A DNA stretch of 40,359 bases. It comes from an uncultured Holophagales bacterium (GTDB taxonomy: Bacteria; Acidobacteriota; Thermoanaerobaculia; Multivoradales; UBA5704). The notes below the pieces were generated by a model. That model did no database searches. It was not told where the DNA came from and saw nothing but the letters and a program-made list of their open reading frames with translations. A program made the position numbers and the translations under genes. Each line of letters begins with the position of its first letter. The stretch's first letter is position 1. Location of the stretch: positions 1-40,359 of the forward strand of contig CAWJGT010000010.1 of NCBI GenBank assembly GCA_963842525.1. Reading direction: 5' to 3'. Shown in pieces: positions 23,010 to 31,392 of this stretch.

Positions 23010-23303
23010 CTTCAAGCGTTGACTCCAGTCAATGGCTCGCGGACCGCGGTTCCTCAAGCATTGACTACAGGAAACGGCTCACGGACCCGGGTCCCTCAAG
23101 CATTGACTAAAGGAAATGGCTCGCGGACCCGGGGCCTTCAAGCATTGACTACAGGAAACGGCTCATGGACCCGGGTCCTTCAAGCAGGTACTACAGGAAA
23201 CGGGCCATTGACCGCGGTCCCTGTAGCATGGACTAAAGGAAATGGGCCGTTGACTCGGGTCCCTCAAGCATTGACTACAGGAAACGCCTCGTTGACCCGG
23301 GTC
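23010..23303. repeat. Tandem array of 7 x 42 bp
   Basis: Approximate consensus CCTCAAGCATTGACTACAGGAAACGGCTCACGGACCCGGGTC. Units start at 23010, 23052, 23094, 23136, 23178, 23220 and 23262, with no spacers. Confidence 0.93.
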
Positions 23304-23483
23304 CGTGAGACCTCGAGTGCGGTGCGCGGCAGGCTCAGCGAAGCTGCGATGCCGCTGGGCCCGGTGCCGTACGCTCTCTGCGGAGGCATCGCTCCGCCGT
23401 GAGCGGACGGCGTGACCCATAGTGCGCTGAGGAGAGCGGCAAGCAGGAGGCGCAGGAGCCGCAAAGGTGTCGGTCGGCCGTGG

Positions 23484-23897
23484 CTAGGCCGGCATGCGGA
23501 CCGGGATCTCGATTCTTCCGTGCTTGCGGTAGATCCTGAAATCGGAGTCCAGCGTGAGGACGAGGCTGTCCGAGTGCAGCTCGGCCAATCGGACGAGGCA
23601 GGCATCCGCCAGATCCATGGGGACGTTGGAGTAGCGCGCCACGAGCTTGGCAATAGCCTCTGCTTCGTTTTGGAAGTGCAGGGGAAGAAGGATGAGCCCC
23701 CTTTGCACCAGGCCGAGAACAGCTTCCGGTCCTCCCTGCTGGGACTGCAACAGGAAGCAGGCCTCGGCGAGCACGGCCTCGCAGCTCAGGACCGGCGGCT
23801 CGATCCGGGAGAGCTGTTTTCGGGCCCAGGAGTGATGCCGGTCCCGGCGATTGATGTATGCGACGAGCGGCCCCGTGTCGAGAAGAAACCTGCTCAT
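23484..23897 (-). CDS. vapC: VapC-family PIN toxin
   Basis: LLDTGPLVA, CEAVLAEACFLL, MDLADACLV, LTLDSDFRIYR. Confidence 0.9.
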   Translation of the reverse strand: MSRFLLDTGPLVAYINRRDRHHSWARKQLSRIEPPVLSCEAVLAEACFLLQSQQGGPEAVLGLVQRGLILLPLHFQNEAEAIAKLVARYSNVPMDLADACLVRLAELHSDSLVLTLDSDFRIYRKHGRIEIPVRMPA

Positions 23898-24133
23898 CGG
23901 CCAAAGCCGCTCAGGTGCTCCTTGTTCGTTGAGAGATCTTCGGGACCGTCAACACAGCCGGCGAGGTCTTCGGAAAAGGCCAGGAAGGACCCCTCGCGTG
24001 GCTGCTCGTTCTGCGAGAGATAGCCGGAGATCGCCTCCCGGATCAACGCAGACTTGGTCAGGCCCTTGCGCTCGGCAAGCCCCTCGAGCTCGTCGTCCAG
24101 GCTGTCCGCAACTTTGAGCGATAAGGTCCTCAC
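23894..24133 (-). CDS. CopG/RHH-family antitoxin
   Basis: MRTLSLKV...TKSALIREAI, DLAGCVDGPEDLSTNKEHL. ATGA overlap with vapC. GTG start. Confidence 0.85.
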   Translation of the reverse strand: MRTLSLKVADSLDDELEGLAERKGLTKSALIREAISGYLSQNEQPREGSFLAFSEDLAGCVDGPEDLSTNKEHLSGFGR

Positions 24134-24148
24134 GGCGATCTCTTCCGG

Positions 24149-24177
24149 GTAATACCAGGCGACGTCAAAGGTATTAC
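24149..24177. promoter_or_regulatory. Candidate autoregulatory operator of the RHH-VapC module
   Basis: Inverted repeat GTAATACC-N13-GGTATTAC between a TTGACA (24196-24191, minus strand) and the start codon. Confidence 0.6.
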
Positions 24178-24291
24178 GCCGTGGCGGGCTTGTCAAGGCT
24201 GTAGAGCGCCAGCCGGGTGCGGATGGGAGCGATCCCTCCCCGCTGGAGAGGAGGATGCGGAGAGGGATCGTTCGAGCTTCTCGACGGACGT

Positions 24292-24762
24292 TTAGTGGCG
24301 GGTACCCCGGCGGTCGTGCCTCTCGTGCATTCCCTTGAAGCTCTGAAACTTCTCGCGCTGCTCGGCGGTCAGCAGGGCTTCGAAATCCTTCTGGAGGTCT
24401 TCGTGCGCGGCCTTGATGGCCTGCCGGTTCTTGTAGGAAGAGATCACCAGAGCGCCGACCTTCGCGGCGTCGGAGCCGTTTTCCAGGGCGGCCTGGGTCT
24501 GCTCATGCAGCGCGCGCTGCTGCTCGAACAGCGGCTCGACCGTCTTGGCGAGCTGCTCGTGGAGCTCCTTCGCGGAGGCTTTCTGGTTGTCGCTCAGGCC
24601 GAGCTTCTCGGACATGCGATCGAGCATCCGCTCGTGCCTCTCGGCGCCGCGCGCGCCGTCGGCGCCACGCATGTGGCCGAAATGCCCGCGCGTAGACGGC
24701 TGCGCGACGGCGACGCCGGCCAGGAGGAGGGCGGCGCAGGTCAGGGGGAGGAATCGTTTCAT
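24292..24762 (-). CDS. Spy/CpxP-family periplasmic protein
   Basis: Signal peptide, LGLSDNQK and LLTAEQREKF (LTxxQ) motifs. RBS AAGGAG. Confidence 0.85.
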   Translation of the reverse strand: MKRFLPLTCAALLLAGVAVAQPSTRGHFGHMRGADGARGAERHERMLDRMSEKLGLSDNQKASAKELHEQLAKTVEPLFEQQRALHEQTQAALENGSDAAKVGALVISSYKNRQAIKAAHEDLQKDFEALLTAEQREKFQSFKGMHERHDRRGTRH

Positions 24763-24878
24763 GGTCGGTGTCTCCTTTTGAGATTCTTCGGTCGCCGTTC
24801 GGCGAGCCTGGCTCAGGTTAGATCGCATCGCAGCTCCGGTCTTCAAATTGAAGCAAGGCTTTTGTAAGGGATGTAAGG

Positions 24879-25615
24879 TCATCCCATGAACTTGTAGCCG
24901 AGCCGGTGCACGGTGACGATGTGCTGGGGCCGCGAAGGGTTCAGCTCGATCTTCTGCCGCAGGGAGGCCACGTGGACGTCCACGGTGCGGGTCTGGGCGG
25001 CCGCGTCGTAGCCCCAGACGCGGTCGAGGAGCTCCTCGCGGGAGATCACGAGGCCGCGGTTGTCGATGAAGTAGCGCAGCAGCTTGTATTCGAGGGCCGA
25101 GAGGCCGAGGGGCTGGCCGTCGCGGGTCACCTCGGCGCGGCGGAAGTCGACCTGGATGTCGCCGAAGACGTAGGTGCCCACCGACGGGCCGATCGGCGTG
25201 CGGGCGCGGCGCAGCAGGGCCTCGATGCGGGCCAGGAAGCTCGATCGTCTCGAAGGGCTTGCTCAGGTAGTCGTCGGCCCCCAGCTTGAGCCCCACGACC
25301 CGGTCGACCACCTGGGTACGCGCGGTGAGCATGAGGATGGGGACCTGCACGCCGCGCTGGCGCAGGTCGCGGCAGACGTCGAAGCCGTTCTTGCCCGGCA
25401 GCATGACATCCAGGAGGACGAGGTTGAACGGCTCTTCCACCGCCCGGGCGACGGCGGAGTTGCCGTCGGTGGCCGACTCGACCCGGTAGCCCTCGGCCAC
25501 CAGTCGGTCGGTGAGGGTGAGGACGAGGCTCGGCTCGTCCTCGACGAGGAGGATGCGGTGGGCGGGCGAGGTCGCCGCGACCGGCTCGGCGCGGGGACGG
25601 GACCTCGGCGCTCAC
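24879..25615 (-). CDS. OmpR-family response regulator (apparent frameshifts at ~25590 and ~25238)
   Basis: ILLVEDE, LLDVMLPG, LMLTAR, GADDYLSKPF, then winged helix SREELLDRVWG...RTVDVHVASLRQKIE. GTG overlaps the kinase stop. Confidence 0.88.
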
Positions 25616-27384
25616 GAGGGCTCCTCCCGCTCTTCTCCGCGGGCCGCCGGTAGGCGCAGCTCGAAGGCGCTGCCCCGTCCGCCGGCGCCCGGCCCGACGC
25701 TCACCCGGCCTCCCTGGGCTTCGACGACCTGGCGGACCAGGCTCAGCCCGAGCCCACTGCCGGGGACGGGCGTTGCGCCGTCGTGGTGGCCGCGGTAGAA
25801 GGGCTCGAACAGATGGGGCCGGTCCTCGGGCCGGATGCCCGGGCCGCGGTCCTCCACCGTGAGCGTCACCCAGCGGTTGCCGGACCCGGCGCGAGCGCGC
25901 AGGCCGATCCAGCGGCCGGCCGCGGCGTACTTGACGGCGTTGTCCACCAGGTTCTGGATCGCCAGGCGGAGGGCGCCGCGGTCGGCCAGCGCCGGCGGGA
26001 GGTCGGCCGGCAGATCCTTGTCCACCTCGAAGCCGGTCTCCTCCAGGGCCCAGCGGCTGCCGGCGAGCGCCTCGTCCACGGCCTCGGCGAGCGGGACGGG
26101 CTCGGGGTGGTAGACCTTGCTCCCCGACTGGATGCCGGCCAGCTCCAGGGCCTTGGCCACCAGCGACGAGAGGCGGCTTCCTTCGCGCTCGATGAGTGTG
26201 CCGTAGCGCCGCGCCTTTGCGGGATCGGCCACGATGCCGTCGGCCAGGTTCTGGGCCGCCGAGCGGATGGCGGCGAGCGGCGTGTTGAGCTCGTGGGTGA
26301 CCCCGGCCACGAGCTCCATCTGCTGGCGGGCCAGGCGGCGGGCCCGCTGCCCAGCCATCGCCATCACAGCCAGGCTCGCCGCCAGCAGGGCCAGCACCGC
26401 CGCGCTCACCGCCAGATTGTGGTGCCGCGCCCGGCCGACCGCCGCCTCCAACGAGCCGGCGCTGTGGGTGACCACGACGCGCCAGAGGCCGCCCTCGGTC
26501 AGGAACGGCGGCCCGATCCGGTGGTGGCGGTACCGGAGCCAGGAAAACCGGGCGGCCGAGCGCGCCTCCTCGGCAGCGGCGGACGACCGGGACCGGCGGC
26601 GTTGCGGGGCGGCCTCCTCCGGGATCCGCAGGCCGAGGAGGGGCACGGAGACGTCGCCGGGCAGATAGCGGGAGGCGGGCAGCGACGGATCGGAGAGGTA
26701 GACCGGACCGTCTGGCGCAATCACCGCAACCAGGAGATCGGGGCTGGAAGAGCGGCCGAACCAGGACGTGACGAGCTCGGGGATCAGCTCCTCGGCGAGG
26801 AACCTGCGATCGAGGCGGAGGACGATCGTGTTCGGCTCTCCCTGCGGCCTCTCCGGTCGATCGCCGCGGCGGGGCCAATTCAGGGGGAGGACCAGGACCG
26901 GTGCCGCGCGCTCCTCCGCATTCACGGCCGGCTTCTCCGGCGCTCTGCCGCGCGCCAGGCGGGTGCGCAGCGGCGCCAGATCCGCCGGCCAGCTCACGGG
27001 CACGAACCGGCCCGTATCCGCATCGAGCCGCTCCAGCTCCACCGACCCGTCGTCGCGCCGTGTCGTCACGAAGACGTCATGGACCAGCTCCGGGAAGGGA
27101 GCCGTGGCGCGCCAGGTCCGGAGCTGCTGGACCAGCCGGGCCCGGCGGTCGCCGTCCCGGTCCATCCCCGGCTGGAACGAGAGATAGACGCGCCCCACCT
27201 CGTGATGCACTTCGACGGCAAGCCGTTCGGCCGCGGCCTCCAGACCCTCCCGCATCCGCTGCCGCTCGGCCACGCTGACCTCGGCGATCCAGCGGTACTG
27301 GAGCACTCCGAGGACGACCAGGAGGACCGCGAGCAGCACGGTGGCAAGAGGAGCCATCCGCTGCGGATCGAACCAACGCGCCAT
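25612..27384 (-). CDS. Membrane sensor histidine kinase
   Basis: Two TM segments, VTHELNTPL, NLVDNAVKY, DRGPGI, FEPFYR, GSGLGL. Confidence 0.93.
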   Translation of the reverse strand: MARWFDPQRMAPLATVLLAVLLVVLGVLQYRWIAEVSVAERQRMREGLEAAAERLAVEVHHEVGRVYLSFQPGMDRDGDRRARLVQQLRTWRATAPFPELVHDVFVTTRRDDGSVELERLDADTGRFVPVSWPADLAPLRTRLARGRAPEKPAVNAEERAAPVLVLPLNWPRRGDRPERPQGEPNTIVLRLDRRFLAEELIPELVTSWFGRSSSPDLLVAVIAPDGPVYLSDPSLPASRYLPGDVSVPLLGLRIPEEAAPQRRRSRSSAAAEEARSAARFSWLRYRHHRIGPPFLTEGGLWRVVVTHSAGSLEAAVGRARHHNLAVSAAVLALLAASLAVMAMAGQRARRLARQQMELVAGVTHELNTPLAAIRSAAQNLADGIVADPAKARRYGTLIEREGSRLSSLVAKALELAGIQSGSKVYHPEPVPLAEAVDEALAGSRWALEETGFEVDKDLPADLPPALADRGALRLAIQNLVDNAVKYAAAGRWIGLRARAGSGNRWVTLTVEDRGPGIRPEDRPHLFEPFYRGHHDGATPVPGSGLGLSLVRQVVEAQGGRVSVGPGAGGRGSAFELRLPAARGEEREEPS

Positions 27385-27536
27385 GCGTGGAGTCTACCCC
27401 CTCGCTCGCCAGGGGTTGCGCCTCCCGGACCGCTCTTACATCTCTCTTACAAACTCCCTGTACCGGCTTACCGGCCGCCGAGCTGCCTGTGGTAGCGTGC
27501 TGGCTTCATTCCGTGGTTCGCGGAGCGTAGACGATC

Positions 27537-28469
27537 GTGCTGAGCCGGTTCCGAGTCCAAGGCTTCAAGTCCCTCCTCGATGTCGATATCGAGCTGGCGC
27601 CGCTCGTGGTCCTGATGGGGCCCAACGCGGCGGGGAAGAGCAACCTCTTGGAGGCCCTGCTTGGCGAATCGGGCGCCCCACGGCACGAGCCGCTCGGGCT
27701 CAACCACACCCTGGTCTCGAACCGCCAGTTCACCGGTGAGCATCGCTACCCTGATTTCGACCGGCTGCGCAGTGAGCTTTCCGCTTGGCAGACCTACTAT
27801 CTCGATCCTCGCATCGAGATGCGCGAGCCGCAGCCTCCTCGTGAGGTGAAAGACATCGGCCCGCGCGGTGAGTGGATAGCGCCTTTCCTGTACCGGCTCA
27901 AGGAGAGTGAGGCTCATCGGAAATACTTCGTTGCGATCGGTCGCGCTCTGAAAGCAGCCATTCCGACCGTGGAGCGCCTGGATGTCGATCTCGATCCCCG
28001 GCGCGGCACTCTCGATATCGTGATCCATCAGGATGGTACGCCGTACTCCTCCCGCGTCGTCTCGGAAGGAACCCTCCGGGTCCTTGCGCTGTGTTGCCTG
28101 GCGGGGAATCCCTGGCCCGGCGAGCTTATCGCCTTCGAGGAGCCCGAGACCGGGGTCCACCCCCGGCGGATCGATGTGATTGCCGATCTCCTGGCTTCGA
28201 TGGCCCAGCAGGGCCGGAGCCAGGTTGTCGTGACCACTCACTCCCCGACGCTGATTGCAGCCATGCACCGGCGTGCCCAGGCGGCTCCGGATCTGATCCG
28301 TATTTTCCAATGCTCTCAGCAGGGGAGGGCCACGGAGGTGAGAACCTTGATCGGTCCCCTGTTCGTGGATGAGGTCACGCTGCTGGATAGAGCCAACATG
28401 TCATGCGCGGGGTCTAACTCCATCCCAGTGCACATCTTGCCGGCTCTGTGTGAATCGAGGCTGTGGTGA
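27537..28469 (+). pseudogene. AAA_21/AbiEii-type ABC ATPase, probably internally deleted and with an eroded C-terminus
   Basis: GPNAAGKSNLLEAL, VSEGTLR signature, AFEEPETGVHP, VTTHSP. The segment after Walker A is unusually short and the tail runs into a repeat element. Confidence 0.65.
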
Positions 28470-28612
28470 GGAGCCCCGAAGGGGCATAGGTGTAAAGCCT
28501 GGGGTTTTCAACCCCAGGACAGCGGCCCATTTTGTCCCTAGCCCCGAAGGGGCGATGGCAGGGGCGAGGGGCGTGAGCCCCGATGCGCGAGGGTGGGGAG
28601 CGTTCATCTCAA
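28462..28612. repeat. REP/MITE-like family B copy, inverted relative to ~20500-20648
   Basis: TGTGGTGAGGAGCCCCGAAGGGGCA...AAGCCTGGGGTTTTCAACCCCAGGAC.GCGGCCCATTTT...GCCCCGAAGGGGCGA...GATGCG aligns with the reverse complement of the first copy. Confidence 0.85.
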
Positions 28613-28617
28613 TGCGG

Positions 28618-28710
28618 GACTACGTCATCCTGCATCGGGCCGGGGCAGGTGAGACAGTCGGCTCGGCGATCCTGGCGGGCCTGCGGATCCCGGTGGACGC
28701 GATCTTCCTG
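28618..28710 (+). pseudogene. Possible 3' remnant of a Uma2/DUF820 endonuclease gene
   Basis: DYVILHRAGAGETVGSAILAGLRIPVDAIF resembles Uma2 C-termini (S..LPGL.I.V..IF). It begins right at the repeat edge. Confidence 0.4.
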
Positions 28711-28845
28711 CCCGCGGGCTGGTGTGACCACCCTCGCGTGCCTCGGCTGCTCTGCCTGCACCGGACCCACCGGATAGTGGGCTTGCCCTGCGGCGCGGCT
28801 CAGCGGACCTGCGGCGGGTCGTGTCCTAACTCAGTGTTGGTCATG

Positions 28846-29115
28846 TTAGGAACAGCCTTCGTAGATCCAAGTCGTCCCACATCGCCACTGCAAAGTGGTG
28901 CCACTATAGTAATTATCGCAGTAACACGGATATATGTAATAGCATTGACTTGATTCATCAGCAATAATGCACTTGCTGGTAGCCCCCCCATTCGTACAGG
29001 CGGACCCATCCTTGGCCGAGCAGTCCTGCAGATAGGCGTAAGCAGGTCTTGCCGTCGCGAACCAGGACATGACGATGATTCCAATGAGAGCTGCCAGCCG
29101 TGTTGCGTTTTTCAT
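28846..29115 (-). CDS. Small secreted cysteine-rich protein (8 Cys)
   Basis: RBS GAGGAG, signal peptide ending PAYA, mature ~62 aa with 8 Cys, AT-rich coding sequence. Confidence 0.8.
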   Translation of the reverse strand: MKNATRLAALIGIIVMSWFATARPAYAYLQDCSAKDGSACTNGGATSKCIIADESSQCYYIYPCYCDNYYSGTTLQWRCGTTWIYEGCS

Positions 29116-29355
29116 GATGTCTCCTCAGTAGCGCCGGGAACCGGCCCCCGACCGGCAAATCCTAGCGCATTGCCAAGAGCTGCGGCGGCCGGAGGGGCGG
29201 GAGGGGGTGACACTGGGGCGGGAGAACTCACGGGACTTCGACGCGTTCCTGGCCCAGAGCGGCTATGCGGAGCGGTTCGCGAAGCAGGCAAGGCGCCGTC
29301 GCAGTAAGCCCCCGCGAACCGTCTACAATTGTTCCTTTCGGGGAGGAGAGCATTC

Positions 29356-29835
29356 ATGAGCGACATCCGGTTCCTGCACGAACAGCTCCGCAAGGGGTAT
29401 TCCGACGATCCCTGGCATGGGCCTGCCACGACCGATCTGCTGGAGGGCCTCTCGGCCGCCGAGGCGGCGGCCCGTCCGGTCCAGGCAGGGCACAGCATCT
29501 GGGAGATCGTCCTCCACATGGCCGCCTGGCACGGCGAGGTCCGCCATCGTCTCCAGGGCGGGAAGCCGGGCCTTCCGGAGGAGGGGGACTGGCCGGCGGT
29601 CCGCGAGGTCACCGAGGCCGCCTGGCAGAGCGACCTCGAGCGTCTCGGCTCGTCGCTCGATCAGCTCCTCGGGACGCTTGCCGGCCTCGCCGAGCAGGAT
29701 CTGGACCGGCCGGGAGGGGGCCTCTCCAACCCGGGCACCACCCTCCGGACCATGATCCACGGCCTCATCCAGCACGAGGCCTACCACAGCGGCCAGATCG
29801 CGCTGCTCCGGAAGGCCCTGCGGCCCGGAGCGTAA
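29356..29835 (+). CDS. DinB-family protein
   Basis: PWHGP, HSIWEIVLHM, QHEAYHSGQI. RBS GGAGGAG. Confidence 0.9.
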   Translation: MSDIRFLHEQLRKGYSDDPWHGPATTDLLEGLSAAEAAARPVQAGHSIWEIVLHMAAWHGEVRHRLQGGKPGLPEEGDWPAVREVTEAAWQSDLERLGSSLDQLLGTLAGLAEQDLDRPGGGLSNPGTTLRTMIHGLIQHEAYHSGQIALLRKALRPGA

Positions 29836-29836
29836 T

Positions 29837-30388
29837 GTGAAACGGGAGATCACGCGCTGGCATCTGGAGATGACCTCGCCGGACGACCTCCGTCCCGCGG
29901 CAAACCCCGGCGAGGCGCTGCGGGTGGAGCGGGCCCTCGTCCCCTGCCCGGCGCTCAACCGGTTCTTCTACACGGCCGTGGGGGGCGGCTGGTTCTGGGT
30001 CGACCGCCTGGAGTGGACCTGGGAGCAGTGGCTTGCGTACCTCGACCGGCCGGCGCTCGAGACCTGGGTGGGCTGGAGCGCCGGCAATGCGGCCGGCTAT
30101 TTCGAGCTGGAGCATCACGGGCGTGAGATCGAGATCCAGTGCTTCGGCCTGCTGCCGCAGTTCATCGGGCGGGGCCTCGGCGGCGCCCTGCTGACGGCGG
30201 CGGTGGATCACGCCTGGCGGGCCGGAGCCTCGCGCGTCGTGCTCAACACCTGCTCGCTCGACTCGCCGGTCGCCTTGCCCGCCTACCAGGCGCGGGGTTT
30301 CCGGATCTACAAGGAAGAGACCTTCGTGCGGGACTTACCCGACGAGACGCCCGGGCCCTGGCCCGGAGCCGGCCCACGCGGCCGATGA
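29837..30388 (+). CDS. GNAT N-acetyltransferase
   Basis: FGLLPQFIGRGLGGALL acetyl-CoA motif, LNTCSLDSP.AL..YQARGF. Confidence 0.88.
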   Translation: MKREITRWHLEMTSPDDLRPAANPGEALRVERALVPCPALNRFFYTAVGGGWFWVDRLEWTWEQWLAYLDRPALETWVGWSAGNAAGYFELEHHGREIEIQCFGLLPQFIGRGLGGALLTAAVDHAWRAGASRVVLNTCSLDSPVALPAYQARGFRIYKEETFVRDLPDETPGPWPGAGPRGR

Positions 30389-30399
30389 GGAGCTGCCGG

Positions 30400-30966
30400 A
30401 TGCCGACTGATGGGTTGACGCTCGAGACAGAACGCCTCCTCCTCCGCATGTGGCGAGAGGACGACTTCGAGGACTTCGCCGCGATGTGCGCCGATCCCGA
30501 GGTGATGCGCTACCTCGGGGAGGGCAGGCCGCTGGGCCGTTTCGAAGCGTGGCGGCACATGGCCTTTCTGGTCGGTCATTGGCAGCTCAAGGGTTACGGC
30601 CATTGGGCCGTCGAAGAGAAGGCGAGCGGTCGCATGATCGGCCGAACCGGCTTCCTCCATCCCGCTGGCTGGCCCGACTTCGAGATCGGCTGGACCTTCC
30701 GCCGCGATTCCTGGGGTCGCGGCTACGCCACCGAAGGCGCCCGCGCCGCGCTCGACCACGCCTTCACCGTCATGGGCCGGGACCACGTCATCAGCCTGAT
30801 CCGTCCCGGCAACCTGCCCTCCATCCGCGTGGCCGAACGCCTTGGCGAGCGCTACGAACGAAAGATCGACGATTTCCTCGGCGGCGAGGCCCTGGTCTAC
30901 GGCATCGACCGGGCGACGTGGAGCGCACTCAACGGGCGCGGCGCCGGCGGGTCAGGAACCGGGTGA
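30400..30966 (+). CDS. GNAT N-acetyltransferase (RimJ/RimL type)
   Basis: LETERLLLR, EIGW, WGRGYATEGA, N.PSIRVAERLG. Confidence 0.9.
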   Translation: MPTDGLTLETERLLLRMWREDDFEDFAAMCADPEVMRYLGEGRPLGRFEAWRHMAFLVGHWQLKGYGHWAVEEKASGRMIGRTGFLHPAGWPDFEIGWTFRRDSWGRGYATEGARAALDHAFTVMGRDHVISLIRPGNLPSIRVAERLGERYERKIDDFLGGEALVYGIDRATWSALNGRGAGGSGTG

Positions 30967-31189
30967 GGCCGAGGAGGTCGGTGAGGGCCGGATCCAGATG
31001 GTCTGCGAGGAGGCACTCGAGGGTGGACCGCACGCGGGTGATCTCGTCGGGCTCGCGGATGTCGGCGCGCCCTGTCTCCTGGGCGGAGACGGGCAGGTCG
31101 TCGCGGAACCGCCGCATGCGGTCGCGGAGCGCGGTCAGCTCTTCGGCCATCGCGCGGAGCTGCTCGTCCCAGGCGGCTCTTTCCAGCAT
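30929..31189 (-). CDS. Small helical hypothetical protein divergent from the XRE-TPR gene
   Basis: Two amphipathic helices (EQLRAMAEELTALRDRM; RVRSTLECLLADHLDPALTDL) with host-like codon usage. Confidence 0.6.
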   Translation of the reverse strand: MLERAAWDEQLRAMAEELTALRDRMRRFRDDLPVSAQETGRADIREPDEITRVRSTLECLLADHLDPALTDLLGLTRFLTRRRRAR

Positions 31190-31392
31190 CCAGGAAAGGC
31201 TACGCGGGTCGCGGGCGGTCCGCGCCAGGAAGATCGTACTTGCCAGAGGGGCTGGAGCTGGATCAGGATTTTTCGAATGGAGTCGGCCAATGGGGGAGCA
31301 GTCCGCGAGGACGATTGCCTCTCCGTGTCACAAAAAAGGGCTCTGCGGCAACTTGGTATTTTGAGGAGAGGACCGAACCCGGAGACCCTCAA

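Noticed and set aside
23010-23303. CRISPR array
   Set aside because: Units are contiguous with no unique spacers, and no cas genes are in the window.
24292-25500. 402-aa receiver-Spy fusion ORF
   Set aside because: Artefact of the response regulator frameshift. The Spy-like gene has its own RBS and signal peptide.
20370-28612. Intact prophage, ICE or IS element
   Set aside because: No integrase, transposase, or structural or conjugation genes are visible.
28824-28851. attC-like TCCTAAC...GTTAGGA at the Cys-rich peptide stop
   Set aside because: Only a 7-bp stem over 28 bp, and it does not fit the RYYYAAC/GTTRRRY consensus.
20744-29115. Shared MKNAT N-terminus of the DarG-like ORF and the Cys-rich peptide
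   Set aside because: Five residues only, with different codons and unrelated flanks. Likely coincidence.
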